Shown: positions 11,280 through 19,996, counted from the stretch's first letter. The stretch is 64,000 bases of DNA from Polaribacter sp. (GCA_038123695.1 JAYPAO010000004.1:19328-83327); one strand, 5' to 3'. Notes: generated by a model not told the origin, from the letters alone. Made by a program: numbers and translations.

Positions 11280-11308
11280 AAAAAGTCTCAACAACGTTGA
11301 GACTTTTT
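11278..11308. terminator. Bidirectional intrinsic terminator
   Basis: AAAAAGTCTCAAC-aac-GTTGAGACTTTTT between convergent genes. Confidence 0.85.
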
Positions 11309-11314
11309 CCACTC

Positions 11315-11458
11315 TTAATTCAAATTCAATTCAATGAAACGGTTTGACTTGGTTTTAACAATGGTTAGCGACTTGGAAAAATTAATCAAAAATTGAATTG
11401 TTTCTTTTTTGGGTTGCATCCTTACATCGGATGACTTTTTAGAGTAAAGTTGCATCAT
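11315..11458 (-). CDS. Small hypothetical protein, 47 aa (not in ORF track)
   Basis: Manual translation MMQLYSKKSSDVRMQPKKETIQFLINFSKSLTIVKTKSNRFIELNLN*; fills the gap between the sigma gene and the terminator. Confidence 0.7.
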   Translation of the reverse strand: MMQLYSKKSSDVRMQPKKETIQFLINFSKSLTIVKTKSNRFIELNLN

Positions 11459-11514
11459 ATACGCCTTTTTAAAATGTTATTTTAAATTGTAACGACACAA
11501 TTCTCTCATTATTG

Positions 11515-12099
11515 TTAGTTTATTAAAATTATTTTATGTTTTTCTACTAATTTTCTCAGGTTGATCAATGCATATCGCATTCTTCCTAATGCTGTATTTA
11601 TGCTTACACCTGTATTTTCGCTTATTTCTTTAAAGCTCATATCTTTATAAATTCTCATAATGAGAACTTCTTGCTGTTCTTCTGGTAATTCTTTCACCAA
11701 CTCTTTTACATCATTCAAAATCTGATCCTTTATCAATTGGTTTTCGGCATTTAGTTTGTCGTCACCTAAAACAGAAAAAATATCAAAATCGTTAGTGCTA
11801 TTGAATGCAGGCATGCGATTTGATTTTCTAAAATGATCAATAATCAGGTTGTGTGTAATACGCATGACCCAAGGAAGGAATTTACCTTCTTCATTGTAAT
11901 TCCCTTTTTTTAAGGTGCGAATTACCTTAATAAAGGTATCCTGAAAAATATCTTCGGTTACATTACGATCTTGAACCTTGCTAAATATGAAGCTATATAA
12001 ACGCTGTTGATGTCTTTTGATTAAAATCTCCAAACAACCTTCTTCGCCGTTTATATAACGCTTAACTAGGGCACTATCTAAAATTTTATTGCTACGCAT
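11515..12099 (-). CDS. ECF-type RNA polymerase sigma-70 factor
   Basis: Region 2 EDIFQDTFIK...FLPWVMRI and region 4 SFKEISENTGVSINTALGRMRYA; start set at MRSNK. Confidence 0.92.
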   Translation of the reverse strand: MRSNKILDSALVKRYINGEEGCLEILIKRHQQRLYSFIFSKVQDRNVTEDIFQDTFIKVIRTLKKGNYNEEGKFLPWVMRITHNLIIDHFRKSNRMPAFNSTNDFDIFSVLGDDKLNAENQLIKDQILNDVKELVKELPEEQQEVLIMRIYKDMSFKEISENTGVSINTALGRMRYALINLRKLVEKHKIILIN

Positions 12100-12304
12100 A
12101 TAAATTACTTTAAAAGAGATTGGCATCTCCTATTTCAACTCAAAATTTGTTAAAGTAATTTTTTTAAATATGCGTTAATTATGTGGATATCAGGAACAAA
12201 TATCAATTATTTTTTAAAGCCATCCAAATATTTTTATTTTTTCAAGAAAATTTCCTTTCGCTCTCATAGCAAATAGTCGTATTTTTAAGGCTTAAATTTT
12301 GAGG

Positions 12305-15100
12305 ATGTCAGTAGAAGATATTTCAACCTTAAACCCAAAGGATTTTATTCTAATTAAAGGCGCTAAACTCCATAATCTAAAGGATATAAGCGTGGCATTC
12401 CCTCGCAACAAATTAATTGTTATTACTGGATTGTCGGGGTCTGGAAAATCTTCACTTGCTTTTGATACCCTTTATGCCGAAGGGCAAAGAAGGTATGTTG
12501 AAAGTCTTTCTTCATACGCAAGGCAATTTCTCGGAAAACTCAATAAACCAAAAGTAGATTACATTAAAGGGATAGCACCCGCAATAGCCATTGAACAAAA
12601 AGTAAATTCTACTAATCCGAGGTCAACAGTTGGAACATCTACCGAAATTTATGATTATATAAAGTTATTGTATGCGAGAATTGGCAAGACCTACTCTCCT
12701 ATTTCTGGTGATTTGGTAAAAAAAGATACGGTATCAGATGTTATTCATTTTATCAAACAATTCGAAGAAGGAACAAAACTATTACTTCTCGCTCCTATTT
12801 CATTTGAAAATGACAAGAGTATTGAGGTTAGAATAAATGTACTACAACAACAAGGGTATGCACGTCTAAAATGGAATGATAAAATCTATCGATTAGATGA
12901 TTTTCCGATTGAAGATTATAACGGAGAGTCCATTTATTTGGTCGTGGATCGAATCATAATGAAGAATGATGAAGACTTTTTTAATAGAGTTGCAGACGCC
13001 ACTCAAGCTTCATTCTTTGAGGGAAAAGGTGTTTGTTGTATTGAAAACATCTCTTCGGATACCATTAGAGAATTTAATAATAAGTTCGAATTGGACGGTA
13101 TGTCGTTCCTAGAGCCAAATACTCATTTTTTTAGTTTTAATAATCCGTATGGCGCATGTCCAACATGTGAAGGATACGGCAATGTAATCGGTATCGATGA
13201 AGATCTAGTTATTCCAAATACGGGGTTATCAATTTATGAGGATGCTATTTTTCCTTACCGCACAGACTCCTTCAAGCATTATAAAGAGGATTTAGTCAAT
13301 TCTGCTTACAACTATGATATACCAATCCACAAACCTTGGTTTGAGTTATCCGAAAAGCAACAAGCGTTAATTTGGAACGGTACTAAAGACTTTAAAGGGA
13401 TTCATCACTTTTTTGCGGCCTTAGAAGAAAAAAGCTACAAAATTCAAAATCGGGTAATGTTATCCAGGTATCGAGGTAAAACTAAGTGTACCAAATGCAA
13501 CGGTAGAAGACTTCGAAAAGAAACCGATTATGTAAAAATTGATGGAAAAACAATTTCTGATCTTATTTCTTTACCTCTAGATGAATTAGCAGAATACTTC
13601 AAATCAATAAAGCTTGATGATTATCAAACAAAAGTTGCTGAGCGACTTTTAAAAGAGATTAACAACAGATTAGCCTTTTTGATAGATGTTGGACTTAGTT
13701 ACCTAACATTGAATAGGACATCTAATACCCTATCGGGAGGAGAAAGCCAACGAATTAATCTGGCTACCTCGTTAGGAAGCTCCCTTGTTGGCTCAATGTA
13801 CATATTGGATGAACCGAGTATCGGGCTTCATCCCAAAGACACCGAACGCTTAATAAGTGTTTTAAAACGATTACGAGATTTAGGAAATACCGTAATTGTG
13901 GTAGAACATGATGAAGAAATAATGAAAGCGGCTGATTACATTGTAGATATTGGTCCTGAAGCCGGAACATTAGGAGGTAAAGTTGTCGCTACAGGGACGT
14001 TTCAAGATATTTTAGCAAGTGATTCGCTTACAGCAAAGTACTTGAATAACAGCCTTGAAATAGAAGTTCCTAAATTAAGAAGGACTTCTCAGAATAAAAT
14101 TCAAGTTCTGGGAGCCAGAGAAAATAACTTAAAAAACATCGATGTTACTATCCCTTTAGAATCATTGACTGTAGTAACAGGAGTATCAGGTTCTGGAAAG
14201 AGTACATTAATCAAGAAGATCCTCTACCCTGCTCTTCAAAAGCAATTAAACGGTTATGGTGACAAAATTGGTGAACACTCCAAAGTAATTGGAGACATTA
14301 ATCAAATAGGTAGTGTAGAATTCATTAATCAGAATCCAATTGGACGATCATCAAGATCAAATCCGGTTACCTATATAAAAGCATATGATGAAATCCGAAG
14401 CTTGTTCGCCAACCAAAAGCTATCCAAAGTTAGAAACTATAAACCGAAGCACTTTTCTTTTAATGTAGATGGAGGCAGATGCGATGTTTGTAAAGGCGAA
14501 GGTGAAGTTACCATAGAGATGCAATTTATGGCGGATGTTCATTTAGAGTGTGAACAATGTAAGGGTAAACGTTTCAAAAAAGAAGTGTTAGAAATCAATG
14601 TGTTTAATAAAAACATTGATGACATATTAAAACTAACCGTAGATGAGGCAATTGATTTCTTTAAATCAATTGATGAAAAACGCATTATCAGTAAATTACA
14701 ACCACTTCAAGATGTTGGATTGGGGTATGTGCAATTGGGTCAATCATCGTCTACATTATCTGGTGGAGAGGCACAACGGATTAAATTAGCCTCTTTTCTT
14801 GTAAAAGGGAATACTAAAGATAAAGGCTTATTCATTTTTGACGAGCCTACCACAGGATTACATTTCCACGATATACAGAAATTGATCAAGAGTTTAAATG
14901 CCTTAATCGAAAAAGGGCATTCAATAATTGTAATTGAACATAATATTGATTTAATCAAATGTGCCGATTATATTATTGATTTAGGTTTGGAAGGTGGAAA
15001 AAGGGGTGGAAATTTAATTTATCAGGGTAATCTAGTACAATTTGTAAAAGATTCACACTCATCATTGACTTCACAGTTTCTTAAAGAGAAACTAATTTAA
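12305..15100 (+). CDS. uvrA: Excinuclease ABC subunit A
   Basis: Two ABC domains (GLSGSGKSS, GVSGSGKST, LSGGE), AEGQRRYVESLS, FSFN zinc modules. Confidence 0.95.
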   Translation: MSVEDISTLNPKDFILIKGAKLHNLKDISVAFPRNKLIVITGLSGSGKSSLAFDTLYAEGQRRYVESLSSYARQFLGKLNKPKVDYIKGIAPAIAIEQKVNSTNPRSTVGTSTEIYDYIKLLYARIGKTYSPISGDLVKKDTVSDVIHFIKQFEEGTKLLLLAPISFENDKSIEVRINVLQQQGYARLKWNDKIYRLDDFPIEDYNGESIYLVVDRIIMKNDEDFFNRVADATQASFFEGKGVCCIENISSDTIREFNNKFELDGMSFLEPNTHFFSFNNPYGACPTCEGYGNVIGIDEDLVIPNTGLSIYEDAIFPYRTDSFKHYKEDLVNSAYNYDIPIHKPWFELSEKQQALIWNGTKDFKGIHHFFAALEEKSYKIQNRVMLSRYRGKTKCTKCNGRRLRKETDYVKIDGKTISDLISLPLDELAEYFKSIKLDDYQTKVAERLLKEINNRLAFLIDVGLSYLTLNRTSNTLSGGESQRINLATSLGSSLVGSMYILDEPSIGLHPKDTERLISVLKRLRDLGNTVIVVEHDEEIMKAADYIVDIGPEAGTLGGKVVATGTFQDILASDSLTAKYLNNSLEIEVPKLRRTSQNKIQVLGARENNLKNIDVTIPLESLTVVTGVSGSGKSTLIKKILYPALQKQLNGYGDKIGEHSKVIGDINQIGSVEFINQNPIGRSSRSNPVTYIKAYDEIRSLFANQKLSKVRNYKPKHFSFNVDGGRCDVCKGEGEVTIEMQFMADVHLECEQCKGKRFKKEVLEINVFNKNIDDILKLTVDEAIDFFKSIDEKRIISKLQPLQDVGLGYVQLGQSSSTLSGGEAQRIKLASFLVKGNTKDKGLFIFDEPTTGLHFHDIQKLIKSLNALIEKGHSIIVIEHNIDLIKCADYIIDLGLEGGKRGGNLIYQGNLVQFVKDSHSSLTSQFLKEKLI

Positions 15101-15359
15101 TAAGCAAATACGTTTATTGATCCTCACTTTTATATAGCATTTTATAGAAAAGAGTTAGTCATTCAACAACTATTCATATACGTAAATCCTATTTTGTAGT
15201 GAAATAAATTTAAATTTTACTACTTTTTATGTAAAAAAATACATAATCTAATACTTCTCTATAAAACATTGTATTACAGTATTTTAAATGATTAATATGC
15301 TTTATATTTAGTTATTTTTAAATTGGAATAATTAATTTTTTTACGAAATTACTTGTTTT

Positions 15360-15382
15360 GTAGTATTTATTTACTACATTTG
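15360..15382 (+). promoter_or_regulatory. Palindromic operator GTAGTA-N6-TACTAC overlapping -7 promoter element TACATTTG
   Basis: Read directly; a near-identical element lies before the paralog at 15922. Confidence 0.6.
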
Positions 15383-15400
15383 TGTACTCTCAAGAACGAA

Positions 15401-15817
15401 ATGAATAAAAAAGATAAAGCAAGAGCTCGTCGAATTATTCAGATTTTTAGAGAGTCTGAATTAACCCAGAGAGAATTCTCAATGGTTATTGGAGTTTCTC
15501 AGCAATTGGTAAGTGCAGTATTAAATTACCGTAAGAAACCAAACGAGAACATCCTATTTGGCATAATTGACAAGATTCCAGAAGTAAATCCCTTATGGTT
15601 ACTTACTGGAAAAGAAATAAGAGACAATGATCCCCTTAATTCATATAGTAAACCCCTAATTGAAAACTATTTGGATATCATTGTCAAAAAGCGTGTCGAA
15701 AGATTGGCAGATGATATATTAAAATATCAATTATCAGAACTAATCTTAGATAAATTATCAAATATTGAAAGTATGATTCAAAACACTGAGATCCCCCTAA
15801 AGGAAGGTGACAATTGA
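15401..15817 (+). CDS. XRE/CI-like helix-turn-helix regulator (copy 1)
   Basis: LTQREFSMVIGVSQQLVSAV HTH and VNPLWLLTG motif typical of phage-type repressors; no S24 peptidase domain. Confidence 0.85.
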   Translation: MNKKDKARARRIIQIFRESELTQREFSMVIGVSQQLVSAVLNYRKKPNENILFGIIDKIPEVNPLWLLTGKEIRDNDPLNSYSKPLIENYLDIIVKKRVERLADDILKYQLSELILDKLSNIESMIQNTEIPLKEGDN

Positions 15818-15921
15818 ACCCCTAATCCCAATCCCCCAACTAATTGTCCCTTAGGTGTAGATTTATATTTTCAGTATTTGAATTACGCTTTTACATGTAA
15901 TAACAAATAAATACATATTTT

Positions 15922-15944
15922 GTGGTATTTTTTTACTACGTTTG
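15922..15944 (+). promoter_or_regulatory. Palindromic operator GTGGTA-N6-TACTAC overlapping -7 promoter element TACGTTTG
   Basis: Same spacing and similar distance to ATG as the copy at 15360. Confidence 0.6.
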
Positions 15945-15963
15945 TGTATTCAATATTAAAACT

Positions 15964-16386
15964 ATGGACAAGCAAGATAAAGACAGAGCAGATAGAGTGA
16001 TACAGATATACCAAGAATCAGGAATGAACCAAAGACAGTTTTCCGATTTAATTGGAGTATCACAACAACTTATCAGTGCCATTATCAATTATAGTAAAAA
16101 ACCTAATGAAAGTGTTTTATTTGGTATTATAGACAATATTGACAGTGTTGATCCCTTATGGTTAATCACTGGAAAAAAAATGAAAACCGTAATCGAACAC
16201 GATGTTCCCCTAAGTTCAGAAAAAACAAACCCTATATCGTTTTATCTGAAGGACATTGTTAAAGAGCGCATCAATAAATTGGCAGATAACATTTTGAAAG
16301 AAAGACTATCTGAAATTATATTGAACAAAATTTCAACCCTAGAAAATCTTACTGGAGAGAATAACGAAAAAGCCCCTGAAATATAA
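15964..16386 (+). CDS. XRE/CI-like helix-turn-helix regulator (copy 2)
   Basis: MNQRQFSDLIGVSQQLISAI, VDPLWLITG; 47 of the first 71 aa identical to copy 1 by manual alignment. Confidence 0.85.
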   Translation: MDKQDKDRADRVIQIYQESGMNQRQFSDLIGVSQQLISAIINYSKKPNESVLFGIIDNIDSVDPLWLITGKKMKTVIEHDVPLSSEKTNPISFYLKDIVKERINKLADNILKERLSEIILNKISTLENLTGENNEKAPEI

Positions 16387-16595
16387 GCTTAACGAAATTC
16401 CCCCATTATTTTCTCTCTACTGTTTTAAAACTTTAGAATTAGAACTGATGATCAAAAGTTGATTGGCGCTCTTTATTTTTATTAAACCAACCGACAATAC
16501 TAATCGTATTAAAATTTAAACTATTAACCGCAAATAGAAGTTAAATAAGCCTAACATTTCTATTTGTAACGTAGGAAAGTTAGGCGCAATTAGTT

Positions 16596-16751
16596 ATGTT
16601 AGTTTATAAAAATGTAAAAATTGAAGTTTTATTTGGTTATGCCCTGACAGATGAATTTCTAGGTAGACCACAAAAAATGTTTAGAGGAGATTATGGGAAT
16701 GCTATAAATAGTGCTAAAGCATATATCGATTCTTTTGTAACGATAGATTAA
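16596..16751 (+). CDS. Small hypothetical protein, 51 aa (not in ORF track)
   Basis: Manual translation MLVYKNVKIEVLFGYALTDEFLGRPQKMFRGDYGNAINSAKAYIDSFVTID*. Confidence 0.55.
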   Translation: MLVYKNVKIEVLFGYALTDEFLGRPQKMFRGDYGNAINSAKAYIDSFVTID

Positions 16752-16798
16752 ATTAAAAATCCTCTATTTAGACCCTAAATGCAATCTTTTTATTGCAC

Positions 16799-16833
16799 AA
16801 AAAAAAGCAACTCAGACGAGTTGCTTTTTTTTT
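16799..16833. terminator. Bidirectional intrinsic terminator at the tRNA-His 3' end
   Basis: AAAAAAGCAACTC-agac-GAGTTGCTTTTTT. Confidence 0.85.
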
Positions 16834-16911
16834 TGGGGTGAAAGACCGGGTTCGAACCGGCGACCTCTGGAACCACAATCCAGCGCTCTAACCAGCTGAG
16901 CTACAATCACC
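16834..16911 (-). tRNA. tRNA-His (GUG)
   Basis: GGTGATTGTAGCTCAGCTGGTTAGAGCGCTGGATT-GTG-GTTCCAGAGGTCGCCGGTTCGAACCCGGTCTTTCACCCCA; G-1 and encoded CCA. Confidence 0.97.
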
Positions 16912-16966
16912 ATTTATAAGCGGATGCAAATATAATTTATTTTCTATTTCTAGAAAATTTTATCAT

Positions 16967-17683
16967 CTATTTTAATTGTTCTAATGATGAAATGACAAGT
17001 GCTTGATTCGTGGTGAATCCTTCAGCATATTCCACACCTGCCACTCTTCCGTAGTCTTTAGATCTGTAGATAACACTGTCTATAAAATTCTTTGATGAAA
17101 TGGGTGTTTCAGGTTCCTTGCTATTAGGATCATAAAATTGTGATTTGTAGGCATAAATTGAATTCACCTTTTCATCCATAAAACCAGTTATATCAACATA
17201 AAAATCTGGAATTAAGGGCTGCCACTGGATGTAATGAAAAACATGTTTTGGTCGCCAAGCTTCCTGTTGAGTCCCGTTCATAGTAGTTTGAATTCTTCTC
17301 AAACCACTTAAAAAACAAGCATCAGACACTAAACTCGCTCCTTTTCCGTGATCAATATGTCGATCTTTCTCTGCATTGCACAAAACAATATCTGGTTGAT
17401 ATTTTCGTAATACCTGAATAATCTCCATTTGATGTGCTTCATCATTTACAAAAAATCCATCTCTAAAATTTAAATTTTCACGCACAGATACGCCTAAAAC
17501 TTTTGCTGCATCTTTGGCTTCTAGATCTCTTATCTCAGCCGTTCCTCTGGTTCCAAGTTCTCCTCTTGTCAAATCAATGATTCCAACTTTTTTACCCAAA
17601 GCAACCTCTTTGGCTATTGTTCCACTGCATCCCAATTCAACGTCATCTGGGTGTGCCCCGAAGGCCAAAATATCTAATTTCAT
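16967..17683 (-). CDS. bshB1: Bacillithiol biosynthesis deacetylase BshB1
   Basis: AHPDDVELGC, DLTRGELGTRG, DRHIDH (PIG-L family). Confidence 0.9.
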   Translation of the reverse strand: MKLDILAFGAHPDDVELGCSGTIAKEVALGKKVGIIDLTRGELGTRGTAEIRDLEAKDAAKVLGVSVRENLNFRDGFFVNDEAHQMEIIQVLRKYQPDIVLCNAEKDRHIDHGKGASLVSDACFLSGLRRIQTTMNGTQQEAWRPKHVFHYIQWQPLIPDFYVDITGFMDEKVNSIYAYKSQFYDPNSKEPETPISSKNFIDSVIYRSKDYGRVAGVEYAEGFTTNQALVISSLEQLK

Positions 17684-18016
17684 ATTTAAACTCTATTTTT
17701 TTTATCGAGAATTCAAAGATACCTAAACTTTGATTTAAACTTCCTAATCTATTTCGATTTCGTATTAAAAAGTATCAATTGTAATGATTACAAAAATAAA
17801 GAAATCGTAATAATAACAAGGGTTTTCCGATTATCACTTATGTCATATTCTATGCACGAATATTGTAGTACGTTCTCTTTAAAATTCAACAATATAAATG
17901 ACAATTACATGATTTATTTTCTCGATTACAAGGATACTCTTTGTCTGTGGTAGTTATGCTGCGGATGCTATTGCCCTTGTTTCTATGCTTCGTTTATTCC
18001 TTTTTTTGGTAAAATG

Positions 18017-19171
18017 TTAGTGTTTGGACGCATGAATCGCTTGTTCGATATCTTCAATTAAATCCTCAACTTCTTCAATACCTGTCGAAAAACGAATCAA
18101 TCCATTTCTAATTCCTCTTTCTAAGCGCTCCTCTTCAGATAGTAATGCGTGGGTAGTTTGTGCCGGGCTTACCGTGGTAGATTCTAAACCTGCTAAACTC
18201 ATACTTGGTTTAATAAATTTTAAATTTCGTTGAAACACCATGGGATCAATTCCAGATTTCAATTCGAACGATAACATAGCACCAAACCCTTTCATTTGCT
18301 CCTTTGCGATATCATAACCTGGATGAGAAGGTAATCCAGGATAATAAACCGTATCAATATCCTTATTATCAGAAAGGTAAGTGGCCAATTTATGAGCAAC
18401 TCTAGTTTGTTCTTTTACCCTCAAATTCAAGGTCTTTAAACTTCTTTCCAAAAGCCAAATCGTATACTCACTTAAATTTCCGCCGTAGTTGATAGAGGTA
18501 GCCCAAATTTGCTCGATATGCAAATTCGAAGCCGCAACTGCTCCAGCACATATATCAGAGTGACCACCCATATATTTTGTAGCAGAATGCGCGATAATAT
18601 CGATACCAAAATCATGGGGATTCTGATTAATTGGAGACGCGAAGGTATTGTCTATCATGGTTAGAATACCATTGTTTTTTGCCAGCTCTGCAATCGCTCT
18701 TAAATCGGTAATTCCCAGTAACGGATTCGAAGGTGTTTCGATATAAATGATTTTCGTATTTTTTTGCAGCAAAGCCTTGAAATCATTGACATCATAGCTA
18801 TCGGTAAAAGTGTATTCTATTCCGAATTTCTCGAATTCCTTTACCACAAAATTGAAAGTACCGCCATAGATTACCTGTTGTAAAATTACGTGATCACCAG
18901 ACTTCAAAAACGCCATCATACTATGACTAATCGCAGCCATACCCGAACTGAAAATCATTGCGTTTTCGGTATGTTCTAAGGTTGCAATTTTTTTAGCCAG
19001 CTGCTCCTGGTTAGGTGTGTTAAAATATCTTGGGTATCTCTTCACATCGACATCATCAAATGCGTAAGAAGTAGCTACAAAAATTGGTGACACCGCACCT
19101 TTAAATTGAGTATCCTCTACTTCTCCGGTATGAACACAAATGGAATTTAATCCGAGTTTTTTATTCTTCAT
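18017..19171 (-). CDS. Trans-sulfuration PLP enzyme (cystathionine gamma-synthase/beta-lyase family)
   Basis: FSSGMAAI, ETPSNP, DNTFASP, HSATKYMGGHSD. Confidence 0.92.
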   Translation of the reverse strand: MKNKKLGLNSICVHTGEVEDTQFKGAVSPIFVATSYAFDDVDVKRYPRYFNTPNQEQLAKKIATLEHTENAMIFSSGMAAISHSMMAFLKSGDHVILQQVIYGGTFNFVVKEFEKFGIEYTFTDSYDVNDFKALLQKNTKIIYIETPSNPLLGITDLRAIAELAKNNGILTMIDNTFASPINQNPHDFGIDIIAHSATKYMGGHSDICAGAVAASNLHIEQIWATSINYGGNLSEYTIWLLERSLKTLNLRVKEQTRVAHKLATYLSDNKDIDTVYYPGLPSHPGYDIAKEQMKGFGAMLSFELKSGIDPMVFQRNLKFIKPSMSLAGLESTTVSPAQTTHALLSEEERLERGIRNGLIRFSTGIEEVEDLIEDIEQAIHASKH

Positions 19172-19300
19172 AAAATGGAACTTAAAGCGAGTTGTTTTTA
19201 AACCTGACTAAATTAAAAACTAAAAGTTATAAATCTTAAATTCTTTTATTGAAATTCAAATCTGTTGTTCAGGAACGTTTAAAATCAATATCTTCGTTCT

Positions 19301-19996
19301 ATGGTTTCTATTCTTGTAATTGGTAATGGAAATGTAGCTTTTCACTTGGTAAAGCAGTTCAATGCTATTGATAAGATTGAATGTACCCAAATCTCGTCCA
19401 GAAAAATTGAATCTTTACCTTCTGCGGATGTGGCTATAATTGCGGTTTCTGATGATGCAATTGCCGAAGTATCCTCTCAAATTGACACCAATTTAGTCGT
19501 ACATACCTCAGGTGGATCGCATCTAAATTCACTGAAAAACCCTAAAAACAAAGGCGTTTTTTATCCGCTTCAGAGTTTTTCAAAATTGATGGAGGTAAAT
19601 TTTAACGACATTCCAATTTGTCTGGAGGCCGAATCTGATTCAGATTATGACCTTTTAGAAAAAATAGCAAAATTGATTTCTTCAAAGGTCTATCGAATTG
19701 ATTCAAAGCAACGGGAAATCATTCATGTTTCAGCCGTATTTGCTAACAACTTTAGCAATCACATGTTTTCAATTGCTGATGAAATTTGCGAATCGAATCA
19801 AATTCCTTTTAACATATTACATCCACTTATCAACGAAACCGTGAAAAAACTTTCAGATCTAGCTCCAAAAGAAGCCCAAACTGGCCCTGCGGTTCGAAAC
19901 GATCAGGAAACCATAAAAAAACATTTACTTTTACTACCGGATAAATATCAATTAATCTATAAACGCTTAACAGAATCTATTCAGAATGAACATTAG
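19301..19996 (+). CDS. Rossmann-like / DUF2520 domain protein
   Basis: IGNGNVA, IAVSDDAI, HTSG, FYPLQSFS, AQTGPAVRND. Confidence 0.85.
   Translation: MVSILVIGNGNVAFHLVKQFNAIDKIECTQISSRKIESLPSADVAIIAVSDDAIAEVSSQIDTNLVVHTSGGSHLNSLKNPKNKGVFYPLQSFSKLMEVNFNDIPICLEAESDSDYDLLEKIAKLISSKVYRIDSKQREIIHVSAVFANNFSNHMFSIADEICESNQIPFNILHPLINETVKKLSDLAPKEAQTGPAVRNDQETIKKHLLLLPDKYQLIYKRLTESIQNEH

Noticed and set aside
15101-16833. Intact prophage or ICE at tRNA-His
   Set aside because: No integrase, no structural or conjugation genes, and no duplicated tRNA 3' end (att) found by eye at the left border
17910-17912. In-frame TGA as selenocysteine or genetic-code reassignment
   Set aside because: No SECIS-like hairpin, and TGA is an ordinary stop elsewhere in the window (e.g. 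oxyR, rocD)
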